From: Eledone cirrhosa
Lineage: Eukaryota
NCBI GenBank assembly: GCA_964016885.1
Contig: OZ024765.1
Coordinates: forward strand, 5,518,001-5,582,000
Direction of reading: 5' to 3'
Length of the DNA: 64,000 nt
Below, one piece after another: positions 52,466 through 64,000 of this stretch; position 1 is the stretch's first letter, and each line of letters begins with the position of its first letter. Made by a program: the position numbers and the translations under genes. The notes under the pieces are model-generated. The model made no database searches, was not told the origin of the DNA, and saw only the letters and a list, made by a program, of their open reading frames with translations.

Positions 52466-53664
52466 TATTATATATATATATATATATATATATACCTCAC
52501 TTTCTAATATATATATATACCTCACTTTCTAATATATATATATATATATTAGAAAGTGATTTTTTTTTTTACAAAATGAACAAAACCGAGGTATCCAACA
52601 CGAGTGAAAGTATAAGGAAAAAAGATGAAATTGAAAATGCAACTGGAGTCTTTTTAAAAAAATATATATATATTTATTTGATTCCTTTACCGGTTTCGCA
52701 GTTCTTCTGCTTTTCAAAAGTAGAATTGAGATGGTGGGTTTGTGGTTTTTCTCACATCTATATATATATAATATCATCATCGTTATCATCATTTAATGTC
52801 CATTTTTCCATACATTCATGGGTTAGACAGATTGTCATGTTATAAGTCAGGTCTGGAGAACATGTTTTGTTTATACTGATCTGTATTTTGGCTTGCTTTC
52901 TACAGCTGGATGCCCTTCCTAATACCAGTCACATTATAGTGTGGACTGTGTGCTTTCTTATTGTGGCACCGAAATGACCAGGAATGAATTATCAATGTTA
53001 CCTCATTATGTTTTTTCCTAAATGACTAGTCAGCTCAACATACACTCGATGTGTTAGCCATGTAAGGATTTCTCTTGCGATCGTTTTAACATGACATTCT
53101 GGAGGTTAGTTTACAATTTAAATTTTATGTCTTTCACAATTTCTGTTCTTTTTTCTTTGTTTTCATTTTCCTCGCAATTATCTGTTAATCCAGTTTCTGA
53201 TTTGAATTTTTTGGCTTCCTTGAAGACTGAGAACAGTTTTTTTGTTTTGTTCATGTTTTGTGGCTATTTGTATTCACTTTCCTTTGTTTTTTTTTATTAG
53301 GTATTTTTGTAGTCCTGCAGTAGTTATTTTATAAGAGTTTTTTTTAGTTACTTAAGGCCTTTTCGTCTTTGTGTTCTTAGTAGGTATAATCTTCCTACAT
53401 CTGTTTTTGGATTGGTGTATTCCAAATGCAGTCATTATTTTCTTGTTTTTCTATCTATTCCAGCTAGTTCTTTTATCTTTATTATTTTTATTGTTTTTTC
53501 CTTTCCCTTCAGTATTCTTTCTGTTATATGCCGAGTGTCTACTTGACTCCTAGGGCAAATAAACCCACTGTATACCTTGGTAAGCCAGTTAACACACCAC
53601 ATTGAATATAATTTACAGCTTAAAAAAAAAAGAAAAAAGTGTATATATATATATATATATAACC

Positions 53665-54520
53665 ATCATCATCCTCGTTTAACGTCCATTTTCCATGCTA
53701 GCATGGGTTAGACGGGAGTTGTCCCACTTGAGGCAAAGCTGGTTGGGTGACCGTGTCTCGCTCATATAGGACTATCTGGCAGGTTTTCTACGGCTGGATG
53801 CCCTTCCTAACACCAACCACATTTACAGTGTGGAACTGGGAACTTTTTACCGTGTTACCTACACGGCCACATTACAGCGTGGACTCTGTGTTTTTTGTCG
53901 TGAAACCTACACGATCTCGATCTCATTTTCTCGTGCTGTTGGTGGGAGTGGGAGGATAGGGTAGGGGTAGTGGATTGGGGTGTATATTTGGTTAAGAGGT
54001 GCCTACTGACTGTAGGTTTTGCGTTGTACATAGGCAAGGCAGGTCTTCTGTACTACTGTGTAGCGCCAAAGATCTCGGTCCAGTGACATTGTCTTAGAGA
54101 GGTGTAAGTGTGTGAGGTCGGAATTTATTAGATCATCCCAGGTTTTTCTGGGTCTACCTACTCCGTAACTACCATCAATTTTGATCGCCCTGCACTTTTT
54201 TATGCAGCTGTCGTCTTTCATGCGCATCACGTGACCATACCAACGTAGTCTTCTCTCGAGTAAACAGCATCTGATCCCTCTTATTCCTAATTTCTCCCTT
54301 AGTTCGTTTATGCTTTGCCGTTCACGTATAATACTATTACACATCCAACGGAGCATGCATGCTTCGTTCCTTTCCAGTCTACGCAGGTCCTCTGCACGCA
54401 ATACCCATGTCTCACTGCCATGTAGCATTGCTGTTCGTATACAGGCATCATACAATCTGCTTTTCATTTTTAGAGAGAACCTTTTGTGGCCAACAGCGGT
54501 ATAGGCTCTCTGAACTTTTT
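53665..54520 (-). mobile_element. 5'-truncated RTE LINE (RT C-terminus + 3' UTR + tail)
   Basis: ORF 54003-54524: KSRLYDACIRTAMLHGSETW...MLRWMC...RRLRWYGHVMR...GRPRKTW. Confidence 0.88.
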
Positions 54521-54545
54521 CCATATATATATATATATATATATA

Positions 54546-55092
54546 AATTAGATTAAGGATGTCATGTCTGACATGGAATAAGCTCTAAGATTCCAAGTAG
54601 TAAATCTAAGCATTTATATTAAATTAAATTAAAAGTAAGATGATGTATGTATATAACACATCAAATAGTTACAGGGGATAATTTATGAAGAGTGTAAACA
54701 TATAGTTACGGAGGTAACATATTAAAAATTAACAAGAACGGCTTGATGGCGGAGCGATATGTGTTTTTTAAACCACATGTTCTCTTACACCATTATCCCC
54801 TGATTTGCTTCTAGTGTGTGATCATAGATGGTTAAATATTCTCCTTTGCCGATGATCCAAGAGTTGACATCTGTGATTCACCGATTAATGGTGAAATATA
54901 TTTCTTCAATGGAATATATACAAAGGAGATTAATCATTAATGCTAGGTATCTATCTATATTCAAGGTTCTTGTTAATTTTTAATATGTTACCTCCGTAAC
55001 TATGTGTCTTTACACTCCACAAATTATCCCCTGTAACTATTTGATGTGTTTATTTTATATACATACATCATCTTACTTTTAATTAAATATAT
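54546..55092. mobile_element. Asymmetric fold-back element with a degenerate hammerhead in the spacer
   Basis: Inverted arms ~54620-54738 / 54966-55090; ctcctttg|CCGATGA...GGAA tata TA|caaaggag at 54841-54928. Confidence 0.6.
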
Positions 55093-55132
55093 ATAATCAC
55101 ACATACATATACACACACAGACACAAATATAT

Positions 55133-55166
<34 letters not shown>

Positions 55167-55642
55167 GGAAAGTTATATTTAAAATTGTTGGGTTACAACT
55201 AGTAAATATTTATAACTGATATAAAAGCACTCGACAAATATTTGGAGTATATTTACAATATTAAATAAATGGAAACTATATTTATAAAACCATATTTATT
55301 TCATTATATATATTTCGGGGATATCATATTAACAATATGCTATGCCTTCCTCAGACAAAATACAATATAAACAGTTCTATAGATAAATAGATTCGACATA
55401 CCGTTATAACACCGACTTCCATTTGAAGAGGTTTACGCTGGCACTGGTTAAGACTGCCAGCTCAACCTCTTCAAATGCAAGTCGATGTTATTACGGTATG
55501 TCGAATCTATTTATCTATAGAACTGTTTATATTGTATTTTGTCTGAGGAAGGCATAGCATATTGTTAATATGATATCCCCGAAATATATATAATGAAATA
55601 AATATGGTTTTATAAATATAGTTTCCATTTATTTAATATTGT
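55167..55642. mobile_element. Fold-back hammerhead element, family A copy 3 (CTGAGGA core)
   Basis: Arms ~55255-55432 / 55463-55642; core at 55543 (+); (TA)n flanks. Confidence 0.85.
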
Positions 55643-55797
55643 ATATATATATATATATATATATACATGTACACAACATTGATGGAAGCTACGGAGAAGG
55701 AAGACACAGGAAATCCTGGGATGACATAAAATCTGACCTTGCACACTTGCACCTCTCTAAGACAATGTCACTGGGCGGTTTTCTGCTTGCATATGTA

Positions 55798-56432
55798 GTG
55801 TGATGCAGTCATAGTATCATTTTATACTAAATGTTTATAGTATCTTTACTAGTGGACAGATTATTGTGAAAATTTACGGTATTAAAGAGTTTAATATTTA
55901 ATGTGATGCAGTCATAGTGTTGTTTTGTACTAAATGTTTATAGTATCTTTACTAGTGGACAGATCGTTGTGAAAATTTACGGTATTATAGAGTTTAATAT
56001 TTAATGTGATGCAGTCATAGTATCATTTTATACTAAATGTTTATAGTATCTTTACTAGTGGACAGATCGTTGTGAAAATTTACGGTATTATAGAGTTTAA
56101 TATTTAATGTGATGCAGTCATAGTATTGTTTTATACTAAATGTTTATAGTATCTTTACTAGTAGACAGATTATTGTGAAAATTTACAGTATTAAAGAGTA
56201 TAATATTTAATGTGATGCAGTCATAGTATCATTTTATACTAAATGTTTATAGTATCTTTACTAGTGGACAGATTGTTGTGAAAATTTACAGTATTAAAGA
56301 GTATAATATTTAATGTGATGCAGTCATAGTATCATTTTATACTAAATGTTTATAGTATCTTTACTAGTGGACAGATTGTTGTGAAAATTTACAGTATTAA
56401 AGAGTATAATATTTAATGTGATAGTCATAGTG
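55798..56432. repeat. 103-bp tandem repeat (~6 units)
   Basis: 'tgatgcagtcatagt' at 55801, 55904, 56007... Confidence 0.95.
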
Positions 56433-56953
56433 TTGTTTTAGATTTTACAACTATGTCTTGTTAATGCTGTCTCATGTGGTACAGGATGTTAAATGTTATT
56501 ACACCAATTAGTGTAATTTACACATCATCATCATCATCATTATCATCATCATTAGTTGTCTAATTAGTCTGAGCAGCTAATTAAGTGAACTGGTTTCATT
56601 TGTCAATTTCTTCTTCTCCTCCTCCTGCTTCTCCCCTCCTCCTCCTCCTTCTCCTCCCCTCCTCATCTCCATCTCCTCCCCTCCGCCTCTCCTTCTCCTC
56701 CCCTCCGCCTCTCCTCCTCCCCTCCGCCTCTCCTTCTCCTCCTCTCCGCCTCTCCTCCTCCCCTCCGCCTCTCCTCCTCCCCTCCCCCTCTCCTTCTCTT
56801 CTCCTCTCCCCTTCTCCACCCCCCCCCCCCCAGTTTCCTGCTTCCATCCACCACATCAGTGGTATAAACAACAATCTTGCCTGGACTTGTGACTCGGAGT
56901 GTGACTTTCTAGGTGCAACTCCCAAGGTCATTTGTGACTGAAGGAGGTCTTTA

Positions 56954-57007
<54 letters not shown>

Positions 57008-57008
<1 letters not shown>

Positions 57009-57406
57009 GGAGGTGAGTTATATTGTAGCACAATAAAGCAATGCAAATATCGGATAAGAAGCACTCAACAGTTTATAGGACTGGAGTATAAATAATATAA
57101 GATGAAAAGATGGTTAAAAGAGTTTCATGTATTTTATTATGCGCATTTCAAAAACAAATATCATCATGGGCTGATATTTGCGTTCTCATCAGATAAAATA
57201 GGGAGACATGATATGAAGCTTAAAAAACACTTGTGAGCAGTGATTTATGTTGATTTAACACTTCACTGCTCGCAACTGTTTTTTAAGCTTCATATCATGT
57301 CTCCCTATTTTATCTGATGAGAACGCAAATATCAGCCCATGATGATATTTGTTTTTGAAATGCGCATAATAAAATACATGGAACTCTTTTAACCATCTTT
57401 TCATCT

Positions 57407-57413
<7 letters not shown>
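57008..57413. mobile_element. Fold-back hammerhead element, family B
   Basis: Arms 57092-57243 / 57263-57413; + motif tattttat|CTGATGA(57314)|gaacgcaaatatca..tgatatttgttttt|GAAA|tgcgca|TA|ataaaata; GAGTGC at 57061-57066 (-). Confidence 0.85.
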
Positions 57414-57443
<30 letters not shown>

Positions 57444-57444
<1 letters not shown>

Positions 57445-57848
57445 AAAGTTATATTTAAATTGTTGGGTTACAACTAGTAAATATTTATAACTGATATAAA
57501 AGCACTCAACAAGTATTTGGAGTATATTTACGATATTAAATAAATGGAAACTATATTTATAAAACCATATTTATTTCATTATATATATTTCAGGGATATC
57601 ATATTAACAATATGCTATGCCTTCCTCAGACAAAATACAATATAGACAGTTTTATAGATAAATAGATTTGACATACCGTTCAACATCGACTTGTATTTAC
57701 GGTATGTCAAATCTATTTATCTATAAAACTGTCTATATTGTATTTTGTCTGAGGAAGGCATAACATATTGTTAATATGATATCCCTGAAATATATATAAT
57801 GAAATAAATATGGTTTTATAAATATAGTTTCCATTTATTTAATATCGT
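57444..57848. mobile_element. Fold-back hammerhead element, family A copy 4 (CTGAGGA core)
   Basis: Core at 57749 (+) and its mirror on the left arm; (TA)n flanks. Confidence 0.85.
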
Positions 57849-58026
57849 ATATATATATATGTGTGTGTGTATGTATATATACATACATGTATGTATATAT
57901 ACATACATATATATATATAATTGGTGTTGGATGCTTAAAGCATCCGTATGTGGTGGGCCGTTTGAGCACTCGATGCTCTCATAGAGCAGAGTATGATATC
58001 ACAGAAAATCTGTTTCGTAGAATCAA

Positions 58027-58108
58027 GACGTATCTGAGGACCTTGCGATTTTCAGACCACATCGATCGTGCCTCGAGCTGGTCGCCAGAGAAACGATTGT
58101 AATATGTC
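58027..58108 (+). ncRNA. Type I hammerhead motif (family L) within element ~57920-58155
   Basis: gacgtat | CTGAGGA | long stem II (gcga...tcgc) | GAAA | cgattg | TA | atatgtc. Confidence 0.7.
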
Positions 58109-58175
58109 CAATAAATTCCATTCGTCGCAACACTGATTCTCTTTTTTTCTGTGATATATATATATATATATATAT

Positions 58176-58575
58176 GGAAAGTTATATTTAAATTGTTGGG
58201 TTAACAACGAGTAAATATTTATAACTAATATAAAAGCACTCAACAAGTATTTGGAGTATATTTATGATATTAAATAAATGGAAACTATATTTATAAAACC
58301 ATATTTATTTCATTATATATATTTCAGGGATATCATATTAACAATATGTTATGCCTTCTTCAGACAAAATACAATATAAACAGTCTTATAAATAGTCTTA
58401 TAAATAAACCTACCAAATCAACCTCCCAAATGCAAGTCGATTGAAAGGTATGTCGTATCTATTTATTTATAAGACTGTTTATATTGTATTTTGTCTGAAG
58501 AAGGCATAACATATTGTTAATATGATATCCCTGAAATATATATAATGAAATAAATATAGTTTCCATTTATTTAAT

Positions 58576-58580
<5 letters not shown>
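58176..58580. mobile_element. Fold-back hammerhead element, family A copy 5 (CTGAAGA core)
   Basis: Core at 58495 (+) and its mirror 'tcttcag' on the left arm; (TA)n flanks. Confidence 0.85.
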
Positions 58581-58619
<39 letters not shown>

Positions 58620-59045
58620 AACGTTTCCACGAACCAAAGTATCGTCTTCCTGTCTTCCTTCGGTTGCAACGTTTTTTTGAAATATTTACTTCTGCGTTCA
58701 CAGATTGACTTTTTTAGTTTCAGAAGATCCCGTTAAGGGTGAAAGCAGCGATTCTTTGCTTAAACTTTAATCTGTTATTTTAATAAATATTTGCTCTATG
58801 GTTCTTATATATTTGATATATATTTATCCTTATCGAGGCCTCTTTGGATTTTAGTCTTCAAATTTATTATTATCACTATATATATATATAAACAGTTTTG
58901 CATTACCAAAATTCCACATTATGTGTTCATTGGTCTTTTCTTTCCTTTGAACCCACATATGTTGCCCCCCCCCCCCCCATTGGACATTAAACAATGATGA
59001 TGATGATATATATATATATATATTAACATATTAACATATTAACAG

Positions 59046-59261
59046 GTTTACTCAGCTGTAGAAATGAGATGATAGGGACTGGGGTCCCTATCATTCCACT
59101 GCAAAGTGGTCGTGGAGGTGCCACGGCACAAAAGCACCCAGCACTCACTGTAAATGAGGTTGGTGTTAGGAAGGGCATCCAGCTGTAGAAATCAAGCCAG
59201 AATCAGATCCCGTCCCACCCTTGCAGCAGGGAAAAAGTGGACGTAAAATGATGATGATGAT
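59046..59261 (+). mobile_element. 5'-truncated tRNA-SINE
   Basis: Matches the 3' half of the 59921-60319 family. Confidence 0.8.
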
Positions 59262-59266
59262 ACATA

Positions 59267-59303
<37 letters not shown>

Positions 59304-59331
59304 CTCCCTTTGCTTCTCTTTCTCTCTGTAG

Positions 59332-59431
59332 GTGAAACTACGACGTCTCCTGCGCTATATGAAGATGAAGGATCTGAAAAGTGCCTCGCTCCGTGGCACA
59401 GGGTTTGAAGAGGATGAACAGTCAGAAGCCT
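59332..59431 (+). CDS. SUPT3H: SUPT3H coding exon (100 bp)
   Basis: Polypyrimidine tract + tag|VKLRRLLRYMKMKDLKSASLRGTGFEEDEQSEA-t|gtaag; cf. Spt3 'KLRRLLKYM'. Confidence 0.92.
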
Positions 59432-59920
59432 GTAAGTTGATTCCCTTTATTAATAACATTTTCTACACCTGCCTCTTGGCTTTAATAGCTCTATCTACCG
59501 TGTTGTTCCACCACCGGGTCACCCTCTGTCTAAGTATTTTCAGTAGTCGGTCATAGGTTATCATGTAGGAACTTCCAAGTGTCCTTTATGTCATATGTGT
59601 TCGTCTCATCCTCTTTCTCATATAAAGACTTATAAAACACACCTCAATTTGGACAGACATTTTAAAAAAAATTAATAAATGTGTTTAAACTACAAATGTC
59701 AGGTGAACGGTATAAAGTTTGTACATTGTATTATTTTTATTATCATCCTACATCTAATTCTAGTTGTAATATTTTAGTACATTTTTAAAACAAAAGAAGG
59801 GTGAAAATAAATTTTATTAAAATTTATTAAAATTGTAGTTTTTTTTTTTAGAAAAGAGTTGCTACTGTTGGTGTAGAAGTGACCACCATTTTGTTTACAT
59901 TTGTGGAGATATATATAAAT

Positions 59921-60319
59921 ATGGAGGCACATGGCTTAGTGGTTAGAGCATTGGCGTTGCAATCGAAAGGTTGTGAGTTCAATTCCCAGACCGGGTGATG
60001 TGTTGTTTCTTTGAGCAAGGCACTTTATTTCACATTGCTCCAGTTTACTCAGCTGTAGAAATGAGATGATAGGGACTGGGGTCCCTATCATTCCACTGCA
60101 AAGTGGTCTTGGAGGTGCCACGACAAAAAAGCACCCAGCACTCACTGCAAATGAGGTTGGTGTTAGGAAGGGCATCCAGCTGTAGAAATCAAGCCAGAAA
60201 CAGTTCCCATATGACCAAGACAAAGTCAGCCGACCAGACACTGCCCACAACAGGACAACCCGTCTAACCCATGCTACATGGCAGAATGGACGTAAAACGA
60301 TGATGATAATGATGATGAT
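59921..60319 (+). mobile_element. Full-length tRNA-derived SINE with (GAT)n tail
   Basis: A/B boxes, central domain, RTE-like tail. Confidence 0.85.
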
Positions 60320-60450
60320 TTTCTCTCTATATATCTCAATATATTTTCTCTCTATAAATCTCAATATATCTTCTCTCTATATATCTCTATATATCTTCTC
60401 TCTATATATCTCTATATATCTTCTCTCTATATATCTCTATATATTTTCAG

Positions 60451-60531
60451 TCCTTGAGAAACAGGGCCAACCTCCCCAGAAGAAAAGACATAAGATGTGT
60501 CATGATTTCATTTCTGCCTTGGATCAGACTG
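60451..60531 (+). CDS. SUPT3H: SUPT3H coding exon (81 bp)
   Basis: ttttcag|(F)LEKQGQPPQKKRHKMCHDFISALDQT-g|gtaat; cf. Spt3 'KRQKIAQDFLNSIDQTG'; phase 1 matches the previous exon. Confidence 0.88.
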
Positions 60532-60658
60532 GTAATTCTTGTCTTCTTAAACAACAAAATGTGTGTCATTGCATGGTAGTGAAACATTGGTTAACACACA
60601 CACATATATATATATATGTGTGTGTATGTGTGTGTGTGTGTGTGTATATATATATGTA

Positions 60659-61070
60659 TATGGTGGCTGCCAACTCGTTTTCGAGTACGGCCACTACTTT
60701 ATATCCATGTAGGAGAACCCCTACCGATGTGCTGAACGAGTGTGACTTTTTAGTCCAGCCAGCGACTTGAAAACTCTGGTACAAACACTACACTTGTGAC
60801 AATTACTGACACATAGTGCTGGGCTCATGGTACCATGTGATGACAAGTGCAGAGAGATCTCCAGATATAAAGCAATGCCTGTGCCGTGAAGCTTTTATAG
60901 TGAGCAAAGGCACTGCACAAAGCCAGTCCCACTCTCTTAACCAAGATTATATTTACCAAAAAGAAGAACATGTCAACATCATTGGATACCATCAGGGTTG
61001 CAGGTGTTATATCAGAGTTTTCCTTCTCCTAGAATTCTGCCTTGACAAAGGCTAAGGGGTCATCTCTCCC
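60659..61070 (-). mobile_element. Bipartite non-autonomous RTE derivative, second copy
   Basis: Reverse complement closely matches 33667-34072. Confidence 0.8.
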
Positions 61071-61118
61071 GGATATATGTATATATATATATATATATAC
61101 ATAGACAGACACATGATA

Positions 61119-61200
61119 TACCGTATTTCCCGGCACGGAAAATGCGTCATCCTCGAGGACGCACCTTAATTTTGACAACCAAAAATTTGAAAAAAAAAAT
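61119..61200 (+). mobile_element. Possible Tc1/mariner (pogo/Tc2-type) TIR fragment
   Basis: TA|CCGTATTTCCCGG...GACGCACC resembles Tc2/pogo-type termini; no partner TIR seen. Confidence 0.4.
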
Positions 61201-61239
61201 AATAAACAGCCCTAGCTTATGGTCATGAAGCTTGGGTAA

Positions 61240-61990
61240 TGACCAAAAGAATATGATCGCAAATGCAAATGGCTGAAATGGGGTTCCTCCGAAGAGTCTT
61301 TGGAGTAACCTTACTCCATGAAGTGCATAACTCAGAGACCAGAGAGTCACTCCAGGTAGAGTCACTACTTCTCTGAATTGAGAGATCACAGCTCTGATAC
61401 TATGGACATGTGGTTGGAATGTCTGAGGAAAGAATCACTGGACATATTTGTAGCTCAGAGATCAGAGAGTCACTCCAGGTAGAGCTGCTACTTCTCTGAA
61501 TTGAGAGATCACAGCTCTGATACTATGGACATGTGGTTAGAATGTCTCATGAAAGAATCACTGGACATATTTGTAGCTCAGAGATCAGAGAGTCACTCCA
61601 GGTAGAGCCACTACTTCTCTGAATTGAGAGATCACAGCTCTGATACTATGGACATGTGGTTAGAATGTCTCAAGAAAGAATCACTGGACAGATTTGTAGC
61701 TCAGAGATCAGAGAGTCACTCCAGGTAGAGCTGCTACTTCTCTGAATTGAGAGATCACAGCTCTGATACTATGGACATGTGGTTAGAATGTCTCAAGAAA
61801 GAATCACTGGATAGATTTGTAGCTGGGAGATCAGAGAGTCACTCCAGGTAGAGCTGTTACTTCTCTGAATTGAGAGATCACAGCTCTGATACTATGGACA
61901 TGTGGTTAGAATGTCTCATGAAAGAATCACTGGACAGATTTTACAGGGAAAACCAATCGGTAAGAAACCCAGGGGGTAGACCCTGAGCAA
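61240..61990 (+). mobile_element. Decayed RTE RT fragment amplified as a 123-bp tandem repeat (5 units)
   Basis: AEMGFLRRVFGVT...IERSQL*YYGHVVRM...GKKPRGRP; unit starts at 61341, 61464, 61587, 61710, 61833. Confidence 0.85.
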
Positions 61991-62744
61991 GATGTTCTCG
62001 TTTGGAGACAGATACTTCTGACAGAACCCGCTGGAAAGAGTGTTTGGGGACTTTGCCCCCATGACCCTCTCAGAAATAAGTGGGCGAAGAAGACATGATG
62101 ATGATGGTGGTGGCAGTGTATATTGGTTGAGAGGATTCTTCAGCTGTGTCAAGTTTGGTGTGTAGAGAGAGGGACAGCGATTGTGTCAATGCACCACAGT
62201 GTGCAACAGTACCCTGGTACTAATATAGAGACGGCAGGGTTGAATTTAGTGCATTAGGGTGCATATATATATATATATATATACATTCTGATACCAAGAT
62301 AGAGTAGGCAGTGTGGTATTTAGTGTAGCGAGGGTATGTAGTTGCACTCTGGCACCAGTAGAGAAGGGTGGATGAGACACCTTAGTGCCGAAAGTGAGGA
62401 CGGGGTGTCATTTGGTGCAGCTGGGTTTGCAGGTGCAATGCAGTACCGAGATAGTTATAGATACATAGATAGATAGATGGAGAATGAGTGAGGGGAGGGG
62501 TAAGAAAATGGACTAAATAGATGGGTGCACTGTAGTACTGAGAGGAAGGGTAGGGTGTCATTCAGTGCAGCAGGTTGCGTAGGTGCACTCGGGTGCCTAG
62601 AGAGAGATGGGTGGGGCAGGGAAAGGGGGGGGGCAGGGTGTTTCTATTTTTACAACATCTTGATAGCAGATAATCCTAACCTATTTTTTTTATTTATTTT
62701 CTTGAAATTTTCGTAATATATGTGGTTAGTTTAATATTGTGAAG

Positions 62745-63162
62745 CACACACACACACTCTCTCATACGCTCACACACACACACACACACACTCTCTCATA
62801 CGCTCACACACACACACACACACACACTCTCTCATACACTCACACACATACACACACTCTCTCATACGCTCACACACACACACACACACTCTCATACGCT
62901 CACACACACACACACACACACTCTCTCATACGCTCACACACACACACACACACTCTCTCATACGCTCACACACACACACACACACACACACACTCTCATA
63001 CGCTCACACATACACTCTCTCATACGCTCACACACACACACACACACTCACACACATACACACACTCTCTCATACGCTCACACACACACACACACTCTCT
63101 CATGCTCACACACATATATACACACACACACTCACACACATACACACACTCACTCATACGCT

Positions 63163-63193
<31 letters not shown>

Positions 63194-63864
63194 ACATACA
63201 CACACTCTCTCATACGCTCACACACACACACACACACTCTCATGCTCACACACATATATACACACACACACTCTCTCATACGCTCACACACACACACACA
63301 CACACTCTCTCATACGCTCACACACACACACACACACACTCACACACATACACACACTCTCTCATACGCTCACACACACACACACACACTCACACACATA
63401 CACACACTCTCTCATACGCTCACACACACACACTCTCATGCTCACACACATATATACACACACACACACTCATACGCTCACACATATACACACACCCACA
63501 CACACACTCTCATATGCTCACACATATACATACACACACATACTCTCACATATATATATACACACACACACACTCTCTCATACGCTCACACACACACACA
63601 CACACACACTCTCATATGCTCACACATATACATACGCTCACACATATATACACACACACACACACTCTCTCATACGCTCACACATACACACACACACTCT
63701 CATGCTCACACATATATACACACACATACACACACTCTCATACGCTCACACATATACACACACACACACACTCTCTCATGCTCACACATACGCTCACATA
63801 TATATATATACACACACACACTCTCTCATATGCTCACACATACACACACACACTCTCTCATATG

Positions 63865-63897
<33 letters not shown>

Positions 63898-64000
63898 TCT
63901 CATGCTCTCACATATATACAGATACACAAACACACACACTCTCTCTCATATGCTCACACATATACACTCATACACTCACACGCAAACACACATACACACA
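62745..64000. repeat. (CA)n-CTCTCATACGCT compound repeat running to the window end
   Basis: Direct reading. Confidence 0.95.

Overview
AT-rich, microsatellite-saturated eukaryotic DNA. The SINE/LINE content suggests an octopod cephalopod (inference). Nearly all ORFs in the track are simple-repeat artefacts. The real coding content is (i) four spliced + strand exons of SUPT3H/Spt3 (51520-60531) and (ii) an apparently intact RTE-clade LINE ORF (35675-39220; APE + RT + three C2H2 fingers). There are also decayed RTE, CR1 and Helitron fragments, tRNA-derived SINEs and many minisatellites. The most striking unannotated signal is about 10 sequence-distinct families of short non-coding elements, most inserted in (TA)n tracts and often arranged as head-to-head fold-backs. 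Most carry a minimal type I hammerhead ribozyme motif (stem I / CUGANGA / stem II / GAAA / palindromic loop 3 / NUH), and most have a downstream GAGTRC box. Among the family A copies the core varies only at the degenerate N7 position, and one family carries the compensatory U3-A8 pair. They look like Penelope-like (pLTR/retrozyme-type) relics, and seven lie in sense orientation inside one SUPT3H intron. All structures were folded by eye; none has been tested.
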